Numbered from the stretch's first letter, positions 27,862 through 41,902 are shown. The stretch: DNA of 64,000 nt from Octopus vulgaris (GCA_951406725.2 OX597830.1:51956001-52020000), one strand, 5' to 3'. Numbers and translations: made by a program. The notes: generated from the letters alone by a model not told the origin.

Positions 27862-28011
27862 TAATCCATAAGTTCTGCCTTTTTTGCCATATACAGCTTA
27901 CAAATTCTGTTTGTTTGTGGAGACTTTTTACTAGTAGAGGAAATAGTGACCAATTTTGGCTGCTATTTCTAATATTTTCGGTATGTGGTTTTGAGCAACT
28001 TGTTGCATTTA

Positions 28012-28066
<55 letters not shown>

Positions 28067-28275
28067 AATATTAGGAATAAATCCAAAATTACAGGAAAAA
28101 AATCAGATTTAGGATTAAATCCAATTTTATAGTAAAATATTATAAAATATTATTAGAGACAAAACCACTATTTTGCAAAACAAACAGGAAAGACTTAATC
28201 AATACATAAAATTTTAAATTTTATGTGATTAAGTCTTTCCTTGTTTGTTTTGCAAAATAGTGTTTTGTCTCTATA

Positions 28276-28358
<83 letters not shown>

Positions 28359-29125
28359 CACACATACATACATACATACACACGTGTTTTGTTGAGGTGT
28401 ACGTGAGTGAGTGTGTGTGTTTATCTTTGTATCTGTGTTTGTTCCCCCGCAGATCTCCACAACTTGTGTTGGTTTGTTTACGTCCCTGTAACTTTGCACT
28501 TAGGCAGAAGACACCAATAGAATACGTACCAGCCTGTAATTTATGACTGCTGGGTTCCATACGTTCGACCAACGGCCTTCAAAGCAGTACTCCAGCACGG
28601 TCGATGCCCAATGCCTGAACCAAATAAAAGAAAGACAATTTAAGTGCGTGTGTGAGTGTGTGAGTGTGTGAGTGTGTGTTTATGTTTGCCTTTCTGCATG
28701 TGCACTGTCATTGCGTGTGTATATGATGTTTTTTATATTTCTTTCGGTAATAATTTTGTAAAACTCATTAACTGGAGTATCGTCGTCATAAGTCATTATT
28801 TATGTCACAGTTGCGACATGAAAATTCCGTAAAAATATTGGATGAGATGGAAAGGTTAAGAAATTGAACAGTGAGCTTGTTTCTAATGGCTTCATTAAAA
28901 TAAGGAGAGAACAGGTGATTCTGTTTTGGAAGAGATTTTATCTGGGAACATTTAATATTTGTCGTCAATTTAAACTGCTGTGAAAGGATTTTAACTCTGG
29001 TCAACAACAGAAATCTCTTCTGTACAAAATCAGGGTTTCATTACTTGTACGCAGGAAAGGTTAGAAATAATAAGGACCGAATCTTATTTAAATCATACCT
29101 GCTTAGGTAAACGATGCATATACAC

Positions 29126-29160
<35 letters not shown>

Positions 29161-30465
29161 TGCATGTGTATATGTGTATACGTGCATATGTTTGTGTGCG
29201 TGAGTGCATGTGTGTGTGTGTTTGTGTGTGTGTTTGTGCATGTGTATATGTGTATACGAGCATGTGCTTGTGTGCGTGTGAGTGCATGTGTGTGAGTGTG
29301 TATGTGTGAGTGTGTGTGTATGTGTGTGAGTGTGTGTGCGTGCGTTTGTGTGTGTGTGTGTGTGTGTGTGTAGAAGTGTCGATGAGCTGGCTGAATCGTT
29401 AAGATGTTGGAAACAATGCTTAGTAACGCGTCTTCTGGCTTATTAAGTTCTGAATCCAAATTCTGCTGGAGTCGATTTTTTTTCTCTTATCCTTCCGGGT
29501 CGATAATATAAATACCAGTCACGTACTAGACTCCAAGTAGTCGGTTTGCCCTCTCTCCAATGTCGCAAGCAGGCAAAATTGTTCTCAGTCCGGAGACTAT
29601 GCTTAGCGTCAGTTATTCCGACTTAAAGTTCCAAGTACAACTGCTGCCGAGGTTGACCTAACCTTTCACACTTTCGAGGTCGAGGAAATAATTACCAGTC
29701 AAACATTGGATTCAATGTAATCGACTAGGTACATCCCCCAAATTGTAGGCCTTGTACTTACAATAGAAAACTTGTATATCTATATGTTATGGCGCCACGG
29801 TGCTTTGGAGAGGATCTCCTACTAGCACTGGGTGTTACAACAACTGGAAGTCAGAGACAGGTGAGACAACTCACCTCCAATACCATTATCTTGCCTGTCT
29901 ATGACTTTCTGGTGTTATGAGAGAAAACCGTCCCCAGAATGTGCGCAGCGAACCAGCGAACAAGCAAGACACACATTGAGTATGTGCGATTAATACACAC
30001 ACACATACACACTTTCGGTTCCTGTCTCCCAAATCCACTCACAAGGCTTTGGTCGGCCTGGGCGCTCTAGTAGAAGACATTTGCCCAAAGTACACACATT
30101 GAAGCAGAACCCATGACAGCTATGCCTGCGACTATTCTTTTATAAACTGTTACATGGAATCCTTTATATCTTGTCATATACAATTATATATTACATACAA
30201 TTATAGATTGCATACTATTACGTATAATAATATATTCTGTATTATTGTATAAGCCATCTTATACAGTCATATATATATTACTTAGCCAATTATTTATAAT
30301 CATAAATGAATCCCTCGTTAATAGTAATAGGCCTATTAATTGTATGTTTCCAAGTATCTCAGTATGTTACAGATATTTTGCTAGAATATTAGTTGTATTT
30401 CTTTTACCATCATCTCGATGGAAAACAGATCCGAAACGAACTTACAGTTGATCAACAAATAAAAC

Positions 30466-30467
<2 letters not shown>

Positions 30468-30531
<64 letters not shown>

Positions 30532-30573
30532 ATCTGTCTTTCTCTCTCTATCTGTCTTTCTCTCTCTATTTTT

Positions 30574-30669
<96 letters not shown>
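30468..30669. repeat. (CT)n microsatellite
   Basis: Direct reading. Confidence 0.95.
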
Positions 30670-30672
<3 letters not shown>

Positions 30673-31411
30673 CTTCTGTAAATCACTCTCTATCCAGGAG
30701 GCAACTGTGTCACTTCCTGTCTTCTTTCTTTTTTTTTTTTCCAATTACCGTTCTACCTGTCACACGTCCATCTGTTTTCAGGGTTTGCTATTTACCTCTT
30801 ATATAAAAAGAAAAAAACGTGCAATTTTCATTTTTTCTTCTTCTACCACATTCTCCTCATCCCCTTTTTCCCTCTTTTCTCTCTCTCCCTCCCTATCTCT
30901 TCGTATGTTGTGCTGTTTTTCTATTATTTAGAATTTGTTGTTTCTACTACTTCCTCCCCACGTTCCTATTCTCTAGTTTTCACCACCACCACAACCACTA
31001 TCTCTATTCCACATCCCCACTTCCCTCGCTCTATGCGAATACTGTCACCTACCTCCTTCCTTCAGTTAGTCCGCCCTGCCTTTCTTTCATCCTTCTGCTC
31101 GTCAAACTAATCTCAGTGACTTTCTTCTACGTTTACTTGTTTTCGATAAATACGAGACTGCGTTAATTTGTATAAGTTCAACCTTGACCGTGTCTTGCAT
31201 TTTTCATAAATTATTAACAATGTGGACAGAGGGCATAATAGTGATAAAGAAGGTATATAAGGAAATAAATATCATTCATAATTCATCAGTAAGGAAAATG
31301 TGCGTGTGTGTGTGTTTACGTGTGAATGTGTGTGTGCGTAATCAACATTATCAACAACAATTATTTTCATCATTGTTGTTGATTATGTGCTACGTATGTC
31401 AGTTGACACCA

Positions 31412-32243
31412 TCTCTGGCAAGGGCTTTGAAATAAAACCAAGAAGAAGTTCCAGACACCCAGCTGAGTACTTGACAGACTGACTTTGCTGACGACATCGC
31501 TCTTATCAGTGATTCTCTCTCCAACGCCCAGTCTCTTTTACAATCTCTTGAACAAGCCTCAAATTGTGTAGGTCTTTACTTCAATGAGGCCAAAACTGAA
31601 TACATAAACAGGTCCCTGTCCAACAGTGATTGCATCATCCATACTCTCAACAATGCGCCCTTAAATATGGTTTCTGATTATAAATATCTTGGGTCATACA
31701 TATCATCATCTGGAAAATACTTTCTAACAAGAAAGGGTATGGCCTGGTCAGCCTGTAATAACATCCATAAGATCTGGTAATCAAATCTAAGTAGAGACTT
31801 CAAACTTGAAATATTCAAAGCCACAGTCGAACCAATTCTACTATATGGCTCAGAAACCTGGACGTTATCAAAGAAGCTTGAGAGGCGGTTGGATGGAACC
31901 TACACTCGCCTCCTTATGAGAGCTCTAAATCTCTCGTGGAAGCGCCATGCAACCAAAATGCAAATATATGGGAAACTACCACTTGTGTCATCTCTTGTGA
32001 AAGGTAGGAGAGTCCAGTTTGCTGGACATTGTTGTAGAGCTGAAAAAGAAGTAATTTCTACTCTTCTCCTCTGGAAGCCATCTACTCGCAATACCAGAGG
32101 GCGCACACTCTCCTACCCTGATGTAATCTCCAGGGATACAGGCATCCAGCAACAGGACCTCCGTAATGCCATGATGGACCGTGAAGTCTGGCGTAGCATG
32201 GTAAATTCCATTGTCTCGACCACGGTCGAACAATGATGATGAT
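31412..32243 (+). mobile_element. 5'-truncated RTE-type LINE (RT C-terminus) with (GAT)n tail
   Basis: LTDTDFADDIAL, YKYLGSYI, VEPILLYGSETW, LDGTYTRLLM, FAGHC..R and AMMDREVWR motifs; one in-frame stop; ends caatgatgatgatg. Confidence 0.85.
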
Positions 32244-33104
32244 GTGTGTGCGTGCGTGTGCACGCATGTGTGCGTGTAAGAAAGAGAGAGAGAGAGAGAG
32301 TGTGTGTGTGTGTGAGGGAATGAACTGAATTTGAGACATAGAAAACATTTTATGTGTCCCCTATGAATATACCTAATACACTAATCGTTCGGTTGTCGAT
32401 TGCCGTCAATGAATTTTTACCCAGCCTGCCAGCCATTTGTGACACCTCACCTGAATGTCTACAGCAGACTAGGTACTATGGTGTCGTTAAGCTGGCTGAC
32501 TGATTAAGTCGATCAGCCTCAAACAGCACTTTTCTTTCCTTGAAGTGGTTGGTAGGGATCAGTTTTAAGGTGTAAAATAACGTCCAGTGATTTTTTTATA
32601 TATTTTAGAGTGATTTAAAGTATTGTTTATTTGTGAATAATATGAAATAAAATCTATGTTACTTATATTTATGGTACTTACAATATTGAGCTTACGAGCA
32701 TTCATTCGTGAAGCCATTATGTATATTTTTGTGTAAATCAATAGGTTTTGCTCATTTGTATTACATAACTAATTCTCAGGAGGAAAGAGAGTACGCATAA
32801 TTACTGGTAGGGCCTCAAAATGTGAAGAAAGAGAAGCTGTCACTCTTAAGTCAAAGGTCTCGTTGCCTGAACACCTGCAGAAGACAAGATGGTGCTAAAG
32901 GTACGCAAAGTACCGTAGTGCCGTTGAATTAGTTGACAGATTGAATCTACCAGCCCTCAAACAAAAACTGCCCGTCTTCGGGGTTTCTACCCAGGCCTGT
33001 TCTTAAAATGCCATTCTAACGTTTTTGGTCGATCGGACGATACCTTGGAACCCATGAACTAACCAGGTGAACTTCTTCACCACTCAGCCGTACTTGCTGT
33101 TTGG

Positions 33105-33435
33105 AGATGGAGTGTAGTTTGGAAGTTGAATGTAGTATGGAGGTTGAGTGTAGCTGGTAATTGGGAGTGGTTTAGTGGTCACTTATAATCTAGAAGTTGA
33201 GTGTAGTCAGAGGTTCAGTGTAGCTTGCAAGTCGAATGTACTTTGAAGGCGAGTGGAGTTCGAAGGCGGTATTTACTTTGAAGGTTGGGTGAAGTTTGGA
33301 GGTTGAGTGCAGTTGGAATTTGAGTGTTGTTTAGTAAACATTTATAATCTGGAAGTTGAGTGTAGTTGGAGGTTCAGTGTAGTTTTAAGATGCGTGGAGT
33401 TCGAAAGCTGAATTTCCTTTGAAAGTGTAGTTTCG
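33105..33435. repeat. Degenerate ~17-bp satellite
   Basis: Recurrent ggttgagtgtagttgga variants. Confidence 0.6.
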
Positions 33436-33526
33436 ATGCTAAACATAATGTATTGGAATCGTGTTGAGAGTTCGGGAGGAGAATGTTGATTAGTGACGTC
33501 AGCCGAATCTCTTTAATAAATTACCA

Positions 33527-33690
33527 TAGAGTATTAATAACAGGAGTATTCAAGTGGAATTATATAAGAGTACTAAATAACAGGAGTATTCAAGTGGCAT
33601 TATATAAGAGTACCAAATAACAGGAATATTCAAGTGGCATTATATAAGAGTACTAAATAACAGGAGTATTCAAGTGGCATTATAGAAGTA
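33527..33690. repeat. 40-bp minisatellite, ~4 copies
   Basis: Unit ataacaggagtattcaagtggcattatataagagtactaa. Confidence 0.9.
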
Positions 33691-34223
33691 CTGAATGTTT
33701 GAAACTAGGGGTTTACAAAGGGTTCCTTTGATTAAATTCAACAAGAGAATCTTTACATGATCACTCGATCCCCTAAAAATAACAAGCAAGCCACTTCGTC
33801 TTATCACATCTTAGAAAAGGACAGACTGGATAGCGGGGTCTGAAATACATTATGTCTAGCACAAATGACAAGATGATCGTGTCTGGACGAATTCTGATGA
33901 TAATTTTGTTACACCAGGCATTGCTTGGGGGGTTAAATAACAACAACAGCGACAACGGTGTTCTTTGCTAATTAAGTTGTTTCAACTTTTTTCCTGTGAC
34001 CATGAAGACAAGAAGGGGTAGGAGGAGGGAGTAGAGGTGGGGAAGGGAACGGTTTTTATCAGTTCCTCATTTATAAATCATTACACCTAATCATGTATCG
34101 ATCAGTAGTTTTCATAAAAACGCACACATACAAAAAAAAAATTGATTTGTTTGTCTGAGACATTAACTCAGACCAGGTCATATACATTGTTGTCAACGTT
34201 ACCGTTGTTTTTGATTTTGTTGC

Positions 34224-34254
<31 letters not shown>

Positions 34255-35215
34255 GCTTATCGTTGTTCTATCCTCCTCTTCTTCCTTCTTCTTTTTCTTC
34301 TTTTTCTTCTTGTCCTTGTTGCTGTGGTTTTCTTCTTCTCTTCTTCTTCCAATCAAGACTCACGCCATTAGTCACAAAGAATAATCTCTAATTCGAGCCT
34401 ACCCTAAGCTATTAAGAATGCATGTGGCAACTTGTAGATCCACCCACTACATGCGATAGACTGGCGGTTGCACGGGTGCGAAAGTTACGTTGTTATCCTC
34501 ATTCCGTAAACGGTGGCTTTTTAACGGGTGGAGAGCTGAACCACCCAGGGTACAGAGGATCCACAATCTAGACTAGGCTCTGAAAGTTTACCACACCATA
34601 GTGGGTTACACCATAGTTCCTCTGCTTTGTGGCAGAAGTAGGAAGAAAGAGTGAGAGAAAGTTGTGGTGAAAGAGTACAACGGGGTTCACCACTACTCCC
34701 CGCCGAACCCTCGTGGAGCTTAGGTGTTTTTGTTCAATAAACACTCACAATGACTGACTTGGGAATCGAAACTGTGTTCTTACGACTGCGGGTCCGCTGC
34801 CCTGACCACTGGGCCATTGCGCCTCCACTGTTGCTGTAGTTGCTTTCCTTATTGTTGCTGGTGTTGTGATTCTTGAAATTGTTCTTATTCTCAACATCAG
34901 TGTCGTTGTTGTTGTTGTTGTTGTTGTTACTGTTAAGGCGGCGAGCAGGCAGGATCGTTAGCGAGCCGGACGAAATTATGGAAGGATCAGTCCTTATAGT
35001 TACACTGCAATTTTCTGCCGATTACTAATTGTCGACTAGGGAAAGTGTGCACTCACCACGACAGGAGAAAAGAGCACAGTTTTTCTGTTTGAAGACCTAT
35101 CTCTGTGTCTGTATGTGTCGTAGCATTTCTCATATATATTCATATATATGTATGTGTGTGTGTATGTGTGTATGTGTGCATATATACATGTAGATATACC
35201 TACATATACATATGC

Positions 35216-35355
<140 letters not shown>

Positions 35356-36022
35356 TCTTTATCTTTTATTAAACTTTTAATACTTTTGATATATATTTAA
35401 AATAATATAAATTAATTAATTTTATGTATTGGCTTATGTTTTTCATTGTTTGATTTGCCTAATGGTGGTTTTATCTCTAATTTAATATAATATATATATA
35501 TATATATATGTCTGTGTGTGTGTGTGTGGGGGGGTGTATGTATGTATGTATGTATGTATGTATATATGTATATATTACTCTATGTCATGTCGTTTCATTG
35601 TTTCATTAAATTACATAGTCCTGTCTAGACACGTCCAATGGAATACAATATCAGAACGGATCTAGATTTTCAACTAAACTGAGATACAGATGCGAATTAA
35701 TATGTACACGTAAATGCGTACATCTGTGTATGAAGTTATATACACACACACACACATACAAACATATGTATATATATGTACATAATATATACAGACACAC
35801 ACACACACACACACATATACGTATATATATATTTATATATATATACGCACACACGTTCTATGAATATATGTATTGAGGTAATTTTACGTGTGAATGTGTG
35901 CGTTTCTTTCTACATACGCAAATGTACGTAGAGGCATATGTGCAACGCCTAAAATATATATGCAGGTATATAGTGTAACCAAGCGAGTATGTGCGTGTGT
36001 CTGTGTGTGTGGGGGGAGTTCT

Positions 36023-36054
<32 letters not shown>

Positions 36055-36064
36055 TATATGTATA

Positions 36065-36127
<63 letters not shown>

Positions 36128-36132
36128 ATATT

Positions 36133-36189
<57 letters not shown>

Positions 36190-36339
36190 AAAATGGAACA
36201 AGAACGCAAAACCTCCGGGCAGTTAGGTGATAAAAAATGGGATTTCTATATGCTACGCTGGATACATTAGGCATTCATTTTCTGTCACAACATGGAGGTT
36301 TTGTGATATGTTTGCTTTTACTGGTTTATAAGGTATTTA

Positions 36340-37025
36340 GTAGATATCTCTTGTTTTTGGATAGCAAAGATACACCCTTCCAGATGGGACGTACTGTATC
36401 TATCACATATCCAGGAGAAACTACTCTTCCTGTTGATGTTGTTGTTATTCTCAAGCATGCGGGATATGCATTTTTGCATTCTTTTTCTACTGATATGATG
36501 ACTACTTCTCCTTCAAATTTCTGTTTAGTTAGATCAACCCAGCTTTCATTGGAGCACATGAGACAGTTATAACACTCCGAGTAACTGTTCAGGAGTTCTA
36601 TTCTAAAGATGACGTTCTCACATTTGAGCACACATCTAATGCACCCGTTTCTTTCTTTACAAATCATTTGCTGTCTCGATGATACAATGCTATACCTAAA
36701 GGCTGTTTGGATTGACCTTATGCCTCTCCAACCATCTCTTCCTCTTCCATAGATCCTGCCGGTGTTGCTGTTGACGTGGAAGTTGCAAGTGGTGGTCAGT
36801 ATCTTTCTAGTGTTGAGGTTCAGGTTGTAGAGCTCATCTGGTGTCCAGTCTAATAACCTAAGTGTTGGTACTAGCAAAAGCATTATACGATTTAGTCTTA
36901 TTGATTGCACACAGCTCTGAGTTCCTTATTTATTTGAGTCTGCTGAAGTATTCTTTCGCTACTCTGGCTTTGCTCAGCACCACTGTATGCAACAGTTGCA
37001 TCAATTCCAAGGTACTTACAGCATG
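36340..37025 (-). mobile_element. Decayed R4/Dong-like LINE fragment (RT thumb and downstream region)
   Basis: CKYLGI and LDWTPDELYNLNLNTRKILT...FHVNSNTGRIY..R..GWRGIRSI motifs. Confidence 0.65.
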
Positions 37026-37493
37026 AATGTTTGTATGTATGCATGTTTGTATGTATGCATGTTTGTATGTATGATTGTGTGTACTTATGCATGTATGTAT
37101 GCATGTACGTATTTATGTATGATTTTTCTTGGTGTTTAAGCTCTTGTTGAGAGAGTTCAAGCCGGTCGCTAAGAAAGCGACAAAACCTTTTGCGTTAAGA
37201 GACTTCCGGTGTTTATGAATAAGTGGTTGAGTTAGCGTGTTCGTTATACTGTCGATGCGCACACCAAAGTATGTACATCGAGTCACATAAGAGTCTCAGA
37301 CGGAGATTTTCTGGAATGTCTTACAAATATTCACTGTGCCACTAATAGTTTCTCTTGCTCCTCCTCCTCCTCCGTGAAACCGAGTATTTCTAGGCTTTTA
37401 TGTATGTATGTATGTATGTATGTATGTATGTATGTATGTATGTATGTATTTATGTATGTATGTATGTATGTATGTATGTATGTATGTATGCGA

Positions 37494-37828
37494 AGGCGCA
37501 TGGCTCAGTGGTTAGAGCGTCGAGCATACGATCGGGAGGTTGTGAGTTCGATTCCCGGACCGGGCTGCGTGTTGTGTTCTTGAGCAAGACACTTTATTTT
37601 ACGTTGCTCCAGTTCCTTCAGCTGTAGAAATGATTTGCGACATCACTGGTGCCAAACCAAGCGGTATCGGTCTCTTTGCCTTGGATAACATCGGTGGCGT
37701 GGAGGGGAGACTGGTATGCATGGGCGACTGCTGGCCTTCCATAAACAACCTTGCCTGGACTTGTACCTCAAAGGGTAACTCTCTAGGTGCAATACCACGG
37801 TCATTCATGTCCGAAGGGGGTCTCCCAT
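37494..37828 (+). mobile_element. tRNA-derived SINE (third family), inserted in (TATG)n
   Basis: A-box TGGCTCAGTGG and B-box GTTCGATTCCC, followed by GTGTTCTTGAGCAAGACACTT core. Confidence 0.8.
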
Positions 37829-37881
37829 GTATGTATGTATGTATGTATGTATGTATGTATGTATGTATGTATGTATGTATG

Positions 37882-37912
<31 letters not shown>

Positions 37913-38846
37913 ATATGTATGTATGTATGTTTGTATATATGCATGTATGCATGTATGTATGTATGTATGTATGTATGTATGTATGTATGTATGTATGCAT
38001 GTATGTACGTATGTACGTATGTACGTGGTGAGGACACGTAGCCTAGTGTTATGGTGTATCATTCACAATCGTTAGATAGTGGTTTCGATTCCTGGACCGG
38101 GTGGCGCGCACTGTTCTTGAGCAAAACACTTCATCTTACGTTTCTCTGCGATCACTTCGACATCTGACCAATAGCACACCGTGCACCTGAGCAGAGAATG
38201 TCCTTTTCATGAAAGGAATGAGCTACTATAAACCACAAGCATTTGGTCGTTATAAGAAAAAATCATTTGTGGAACTTTCGGGGACGTCTATGAAAGGAGA
38301 GCTCATGCTGCATGTATGTATGTATGTATGTATGTATGTATGTATGTATGTATGTATTATGTATGTATGTATGTATGTATGTATGTATGTATGTATGTAC
38401 ATACGCATGCGTATTTGTCTTTCAGTTGTCTTAGCAGAATCTTTCCATTTTCCGAGACAACGGATTTTCTTCATCCGCATTACTTCTGTCTGAAAACTTA
38501 TTCTGCTTCAGCCGATATTCTATCTACTCGTCCGTCTTTCCTCCGACATACTGCACCATTTCCAATGACTTCATGGATAGCAGAGACCACAGAGATCACA
38601 AAATATCAATAATAAATTAAAGATTATCGATTAAATCGATTATACATTGTCCGATATGTCTTTTAAAAGTCTGTATTATTTCGTACACAGATACGCCAAG
38701 GTAGAATTATTATTTGCAACCAACCAAGATTCTATGTCAAGATTCTACATCTAGAACATTTTAAAACTAATGCGTGTATAGACCTGTTGTTGAGAAGTTC
38801 ACTTCGCAAACCAACTTTGACTCCACTGTATGGCACCTTGATCAGG

Positions 38847-39190
38847 TATCTTCTATTGAAGTCTCATACTTTCTTCAAAAAAAGGTATTTTCTATTGAAG
38901 TCTCATACCTTCTGCAAAAAAGGTATTTTCTATTGAAGTCTCTCATACCTTCTGCAAAAAAGGTATTTTCTATTGAAGTCTCTCATACCTTCTGCAAAAA
39001 AGGTATTTTCTATTGAAGTCTCATACCTTCTGCAAAAAAGGTATTTTCTATTGAAGTCTCATACCTTCTGCAAAAAAGGTATTTTCTATTGAAGTCTCAA
39101 CCCTTCTGCAAAAAAGGCATTTTCTATTGAAGTCTCATACCTTCTGCAAAAAAGGTATTTTCTATTGAAGTCTCATATCTTCAGCAAAAA
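38847..39190. repeat. 39-41-bp minisatellite, ~8.5 copies
   Basis: Unit ttctattgaagtctcataccttctgcaaaaaaggtattt. Confidence 0.95.
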
Positions 39191-40544
39191 AAAAAAACAA
39201 CAAAAAACTACGTAACACAGCAACTCGCTGAAGAAAAAAAATTATGAAACAGCAGACGGAAATGCGTGCAGACGGGAATGTAGGCGGCTAAGAGCCCTTG
39301 AAGGGAAAGCCCAAGCATTGCCGCAGTTCAGTGACTGAATCAATGAGTAAAAAGAATCGTCGTATAAATCTCTGCACATTCTAAGTAGTTTTCATTATTA
39401 AAGACAGCTTTATTTTTAGAAACGTTTAGAAGGATTTCAGAAATGTATTAGAAGGAATTTCACATAAACTGGTTACGTGATAGAATAAGGTGACAGTTTG
39501 AGGGAATGTGGTGGAAAATACCGGAGAACTGAGTGGAAGGAGCGAATATTGTGGAAGATATCGAAATATTGTGGAATAAAACGTAAATATGATTAGGAAG
39601 CGCAGAAAACAAGAAATGAGGGAATACAGTTCAAATGTAACTTAGATATGATGGAAAGAAAGAAGAAATATTATGAGTGCTTGGTGTAATATTGTGGAAA
39701 CTTGGTGGTAGTGTGTAAAGAGTGTATGATGGAATATAATAGATCTCTGAGATATAATAGACAGATGATTGAACATGGTGGAAATGTAATGGTGGTACAT
39801 GATAAGAACAGACTGGAATGTAGTGGGTGAAAGAATGTGGTAAATACATGATGGACAAATGTGGAAATAAAGTGGAAATATTGTGGGATTTGTGTAGATT
39901 ATAATGGAAATATGACGGAATACGGAAAAACAGGTGAAAAAATTATGTAGAGAAATCTAAAGGAAATACAGTGGCATATAATGAAGGTTTCAGTGAGTGT
40001 AAGGGATATATGCAGAAATAATGTGGAAGTCCGGCAATATATAGTAGAAGTACAGCAGAATAATGTTGAAATGTAATGACCCAAGATGGACGTGGTAAAA
40101 TAGTGTGGAAGTATGAGAGAGGAGAGTGCAAGTATGAATTAACGGGAAAGCGGTATGAGGGAATGTCGTGAAATATTTTGGGAGTATTGTAGAAGAATGA
40201 GAAAAAAATGTGGAAGAAAATATCTGACAGAGTACAGAGGAAATCTTGTGGAATAAAGTGAAAATATTGTGGAATAAAATAGATATTAGTCAATTAACTT
40301 TATCGTTTGCTTTGTCAGTCACTGCTACGGCCGTACCGCAACACCACCTTCGGTCAAATAAAGAGGAAATACGATTGTTTAAATAGAATGGAATAAAAGT
40401 AAAGAAGTCGAATAACAAAGCTAAATGAAACTATTTTTATTTCTCTATTATACATTCCAGTCCAAATAGACGAAATCGGTGAAGTGTCAATTTGAAGTCC
40501 GCGCATCATGAAACAGCCAAATTCCTCTTTTATTTTTCCACATA

Positions 40545-40579
<35 letters not shown>

Positions 40580-40606
40580 GTATGCATGTATACATATGTA
40601 TATATA

Positions 40607-40642
<36 letters not shown>

Positions 40643-40902
40643 TATATATATATGTATATATCTATAGGTATAGATATAGATATATATATATATAAGTATG
40701 TATGTGTATGTATATATAATGCATACATATATATTTGCATACATATTTATATATTGCATATCTATACATATGTATATATATATATATCGTTTTGTTATCT
40801 TTTTATTAGAAAAATAAAGCAACAGACAAAATCTAAACATAACTAGTTAAACATCCAGAATATATGGATATTGAAATAAAAACGATATGATTCGGTTAAC
40901 CA

Positions 40903-41002
<100 letters not shown>

Positions 41003-41109
41003 CATGTATATTATGAGAATCTTTCAAGGACTGGGACAAGAAAAAAAAGAAGAAAAACCGAACTTTTGACAAAATTTTAGATATATTTTTTTTTCCTCAC
41101 ACAAGTTGC

Positions 41110-41218
41110 TTTATTTTTTTTACATCATAAATTCATACAAGTCTCCATGTTTATTTTGTATTATGTTAATAATGTTTCTTTGTTTTATTTTGTTTTTTAA
41201 TATCATCTCATGTTTATT
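41110..41218 (-). promoter_or_regulatory. Candidate polyadenylation signals (AATAAA) of the LFRFamide gene
   Basis: Minus-strand AATAAA at 41218-41213, 41155-41150 and 41115-41110, downstream of the stop codon. Confidence 0.4.
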
Positions 41219-41266
41219 GAGCACGTCTGTTATACTGATCTGATCTTTTGTTTTAACATTATTTGT

Positions 41267-41739
41267 TCATTTCTCTTCCCTTCCAAAGCGGAAAGGTGTG
41301 TGTGGGCGTTTCTCCTTCTTTTTTTCGGTACTTCGGCCATATCTGAAAACTGTGCGGCTTCTACCATACCTGAAGAAATTATTTCGTTTATCCTCAGGTA
41401 CAACTGCTACTGCAAGGGCAGGGTCTTCATATTCATAAGGATCCTCGACGCCGTCACGTTTCCCATATCTGAAAATGGTTCTTTTTAATCCTTCATCCTC
41501 AGGTTCTTCGCTAGAATCACTTCGACTCAATCGCATTGCTTTGCCTCGTTTCCCGAAGCGAAATAACGTACGTTTACCATAACGGAAGACACCACTGCGC
41601 TTGCCAAACCGGAAGAGGCTGTTACGTTTATCAACATCATCAATTCCAAGGCCTTGGTCGTCCAATGAAGATTTCTCTAATCCGTTGTCATCTTCCTCCT
41701 GCAGTCCTAAAATGCTACCAAGTCTGGCAGAATCTGTAG
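41267..41739 (-). CDS. LFRFa: LFRFamide-type (FMRFamide-related) neuropeptide precursor, last coding exon
   Basis: Acceptor ttttcag at 41742-41740 (phase 1). Translation includes KR-NSLFRF-GKR-SGVFRY-GKR-TLFRF-GKR...KR-TIFRY-GKR...KR-NNFFRY-GR-SRTVFRY-GR...KR-PHTPFRF-GR-EEK*, with TGA at 41269-41267. NSLFRFa and PHTPFRFa are characteristic of cephalopod LFRFamide precursors. Confidence 0.95.
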
Positions 41740-41902
41740 CTGAAAAGAAGAAAAAGAAATCATTTCTTATATATCATTAATAAATATATAAATAAACATG
41801 TTTGTATATATATATATATATAGACACACACACACATACACACACATATATATATATATATATATAGATACATACACATATATGTATATATATGTATATA
41901 TG

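Larger units (their letters stand above)
26788..28016. repeat. 559-bp non-coding monomer: ~1.35 tandem copies plus an abutting inverted partial copy
   Basis: gcaataaagggtggaat recurs at 26790 and 27349. 27543-28016 is the reverse complement of part of the unit, starting in a different phase. Flanked by (TA)n. Confidence 0.9.

Noticed and set aside
37494-37570. tRNA gene
   Set aside because: A and B boxes are present but the sequence continues into a SINE body and lacks a proper acceptor stem.
38847-39190. CRISPR-like regular repeats (also 33527-33690)
   Set aside because: Head-to-tail units without unique spacers, no cas genes, eukaryotic context; these are minisatellites.
39500-40280. Purine-rich block with recurrent tgtggaa
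   Set aside because: Old degenerate satellite with no coding or structural signal.
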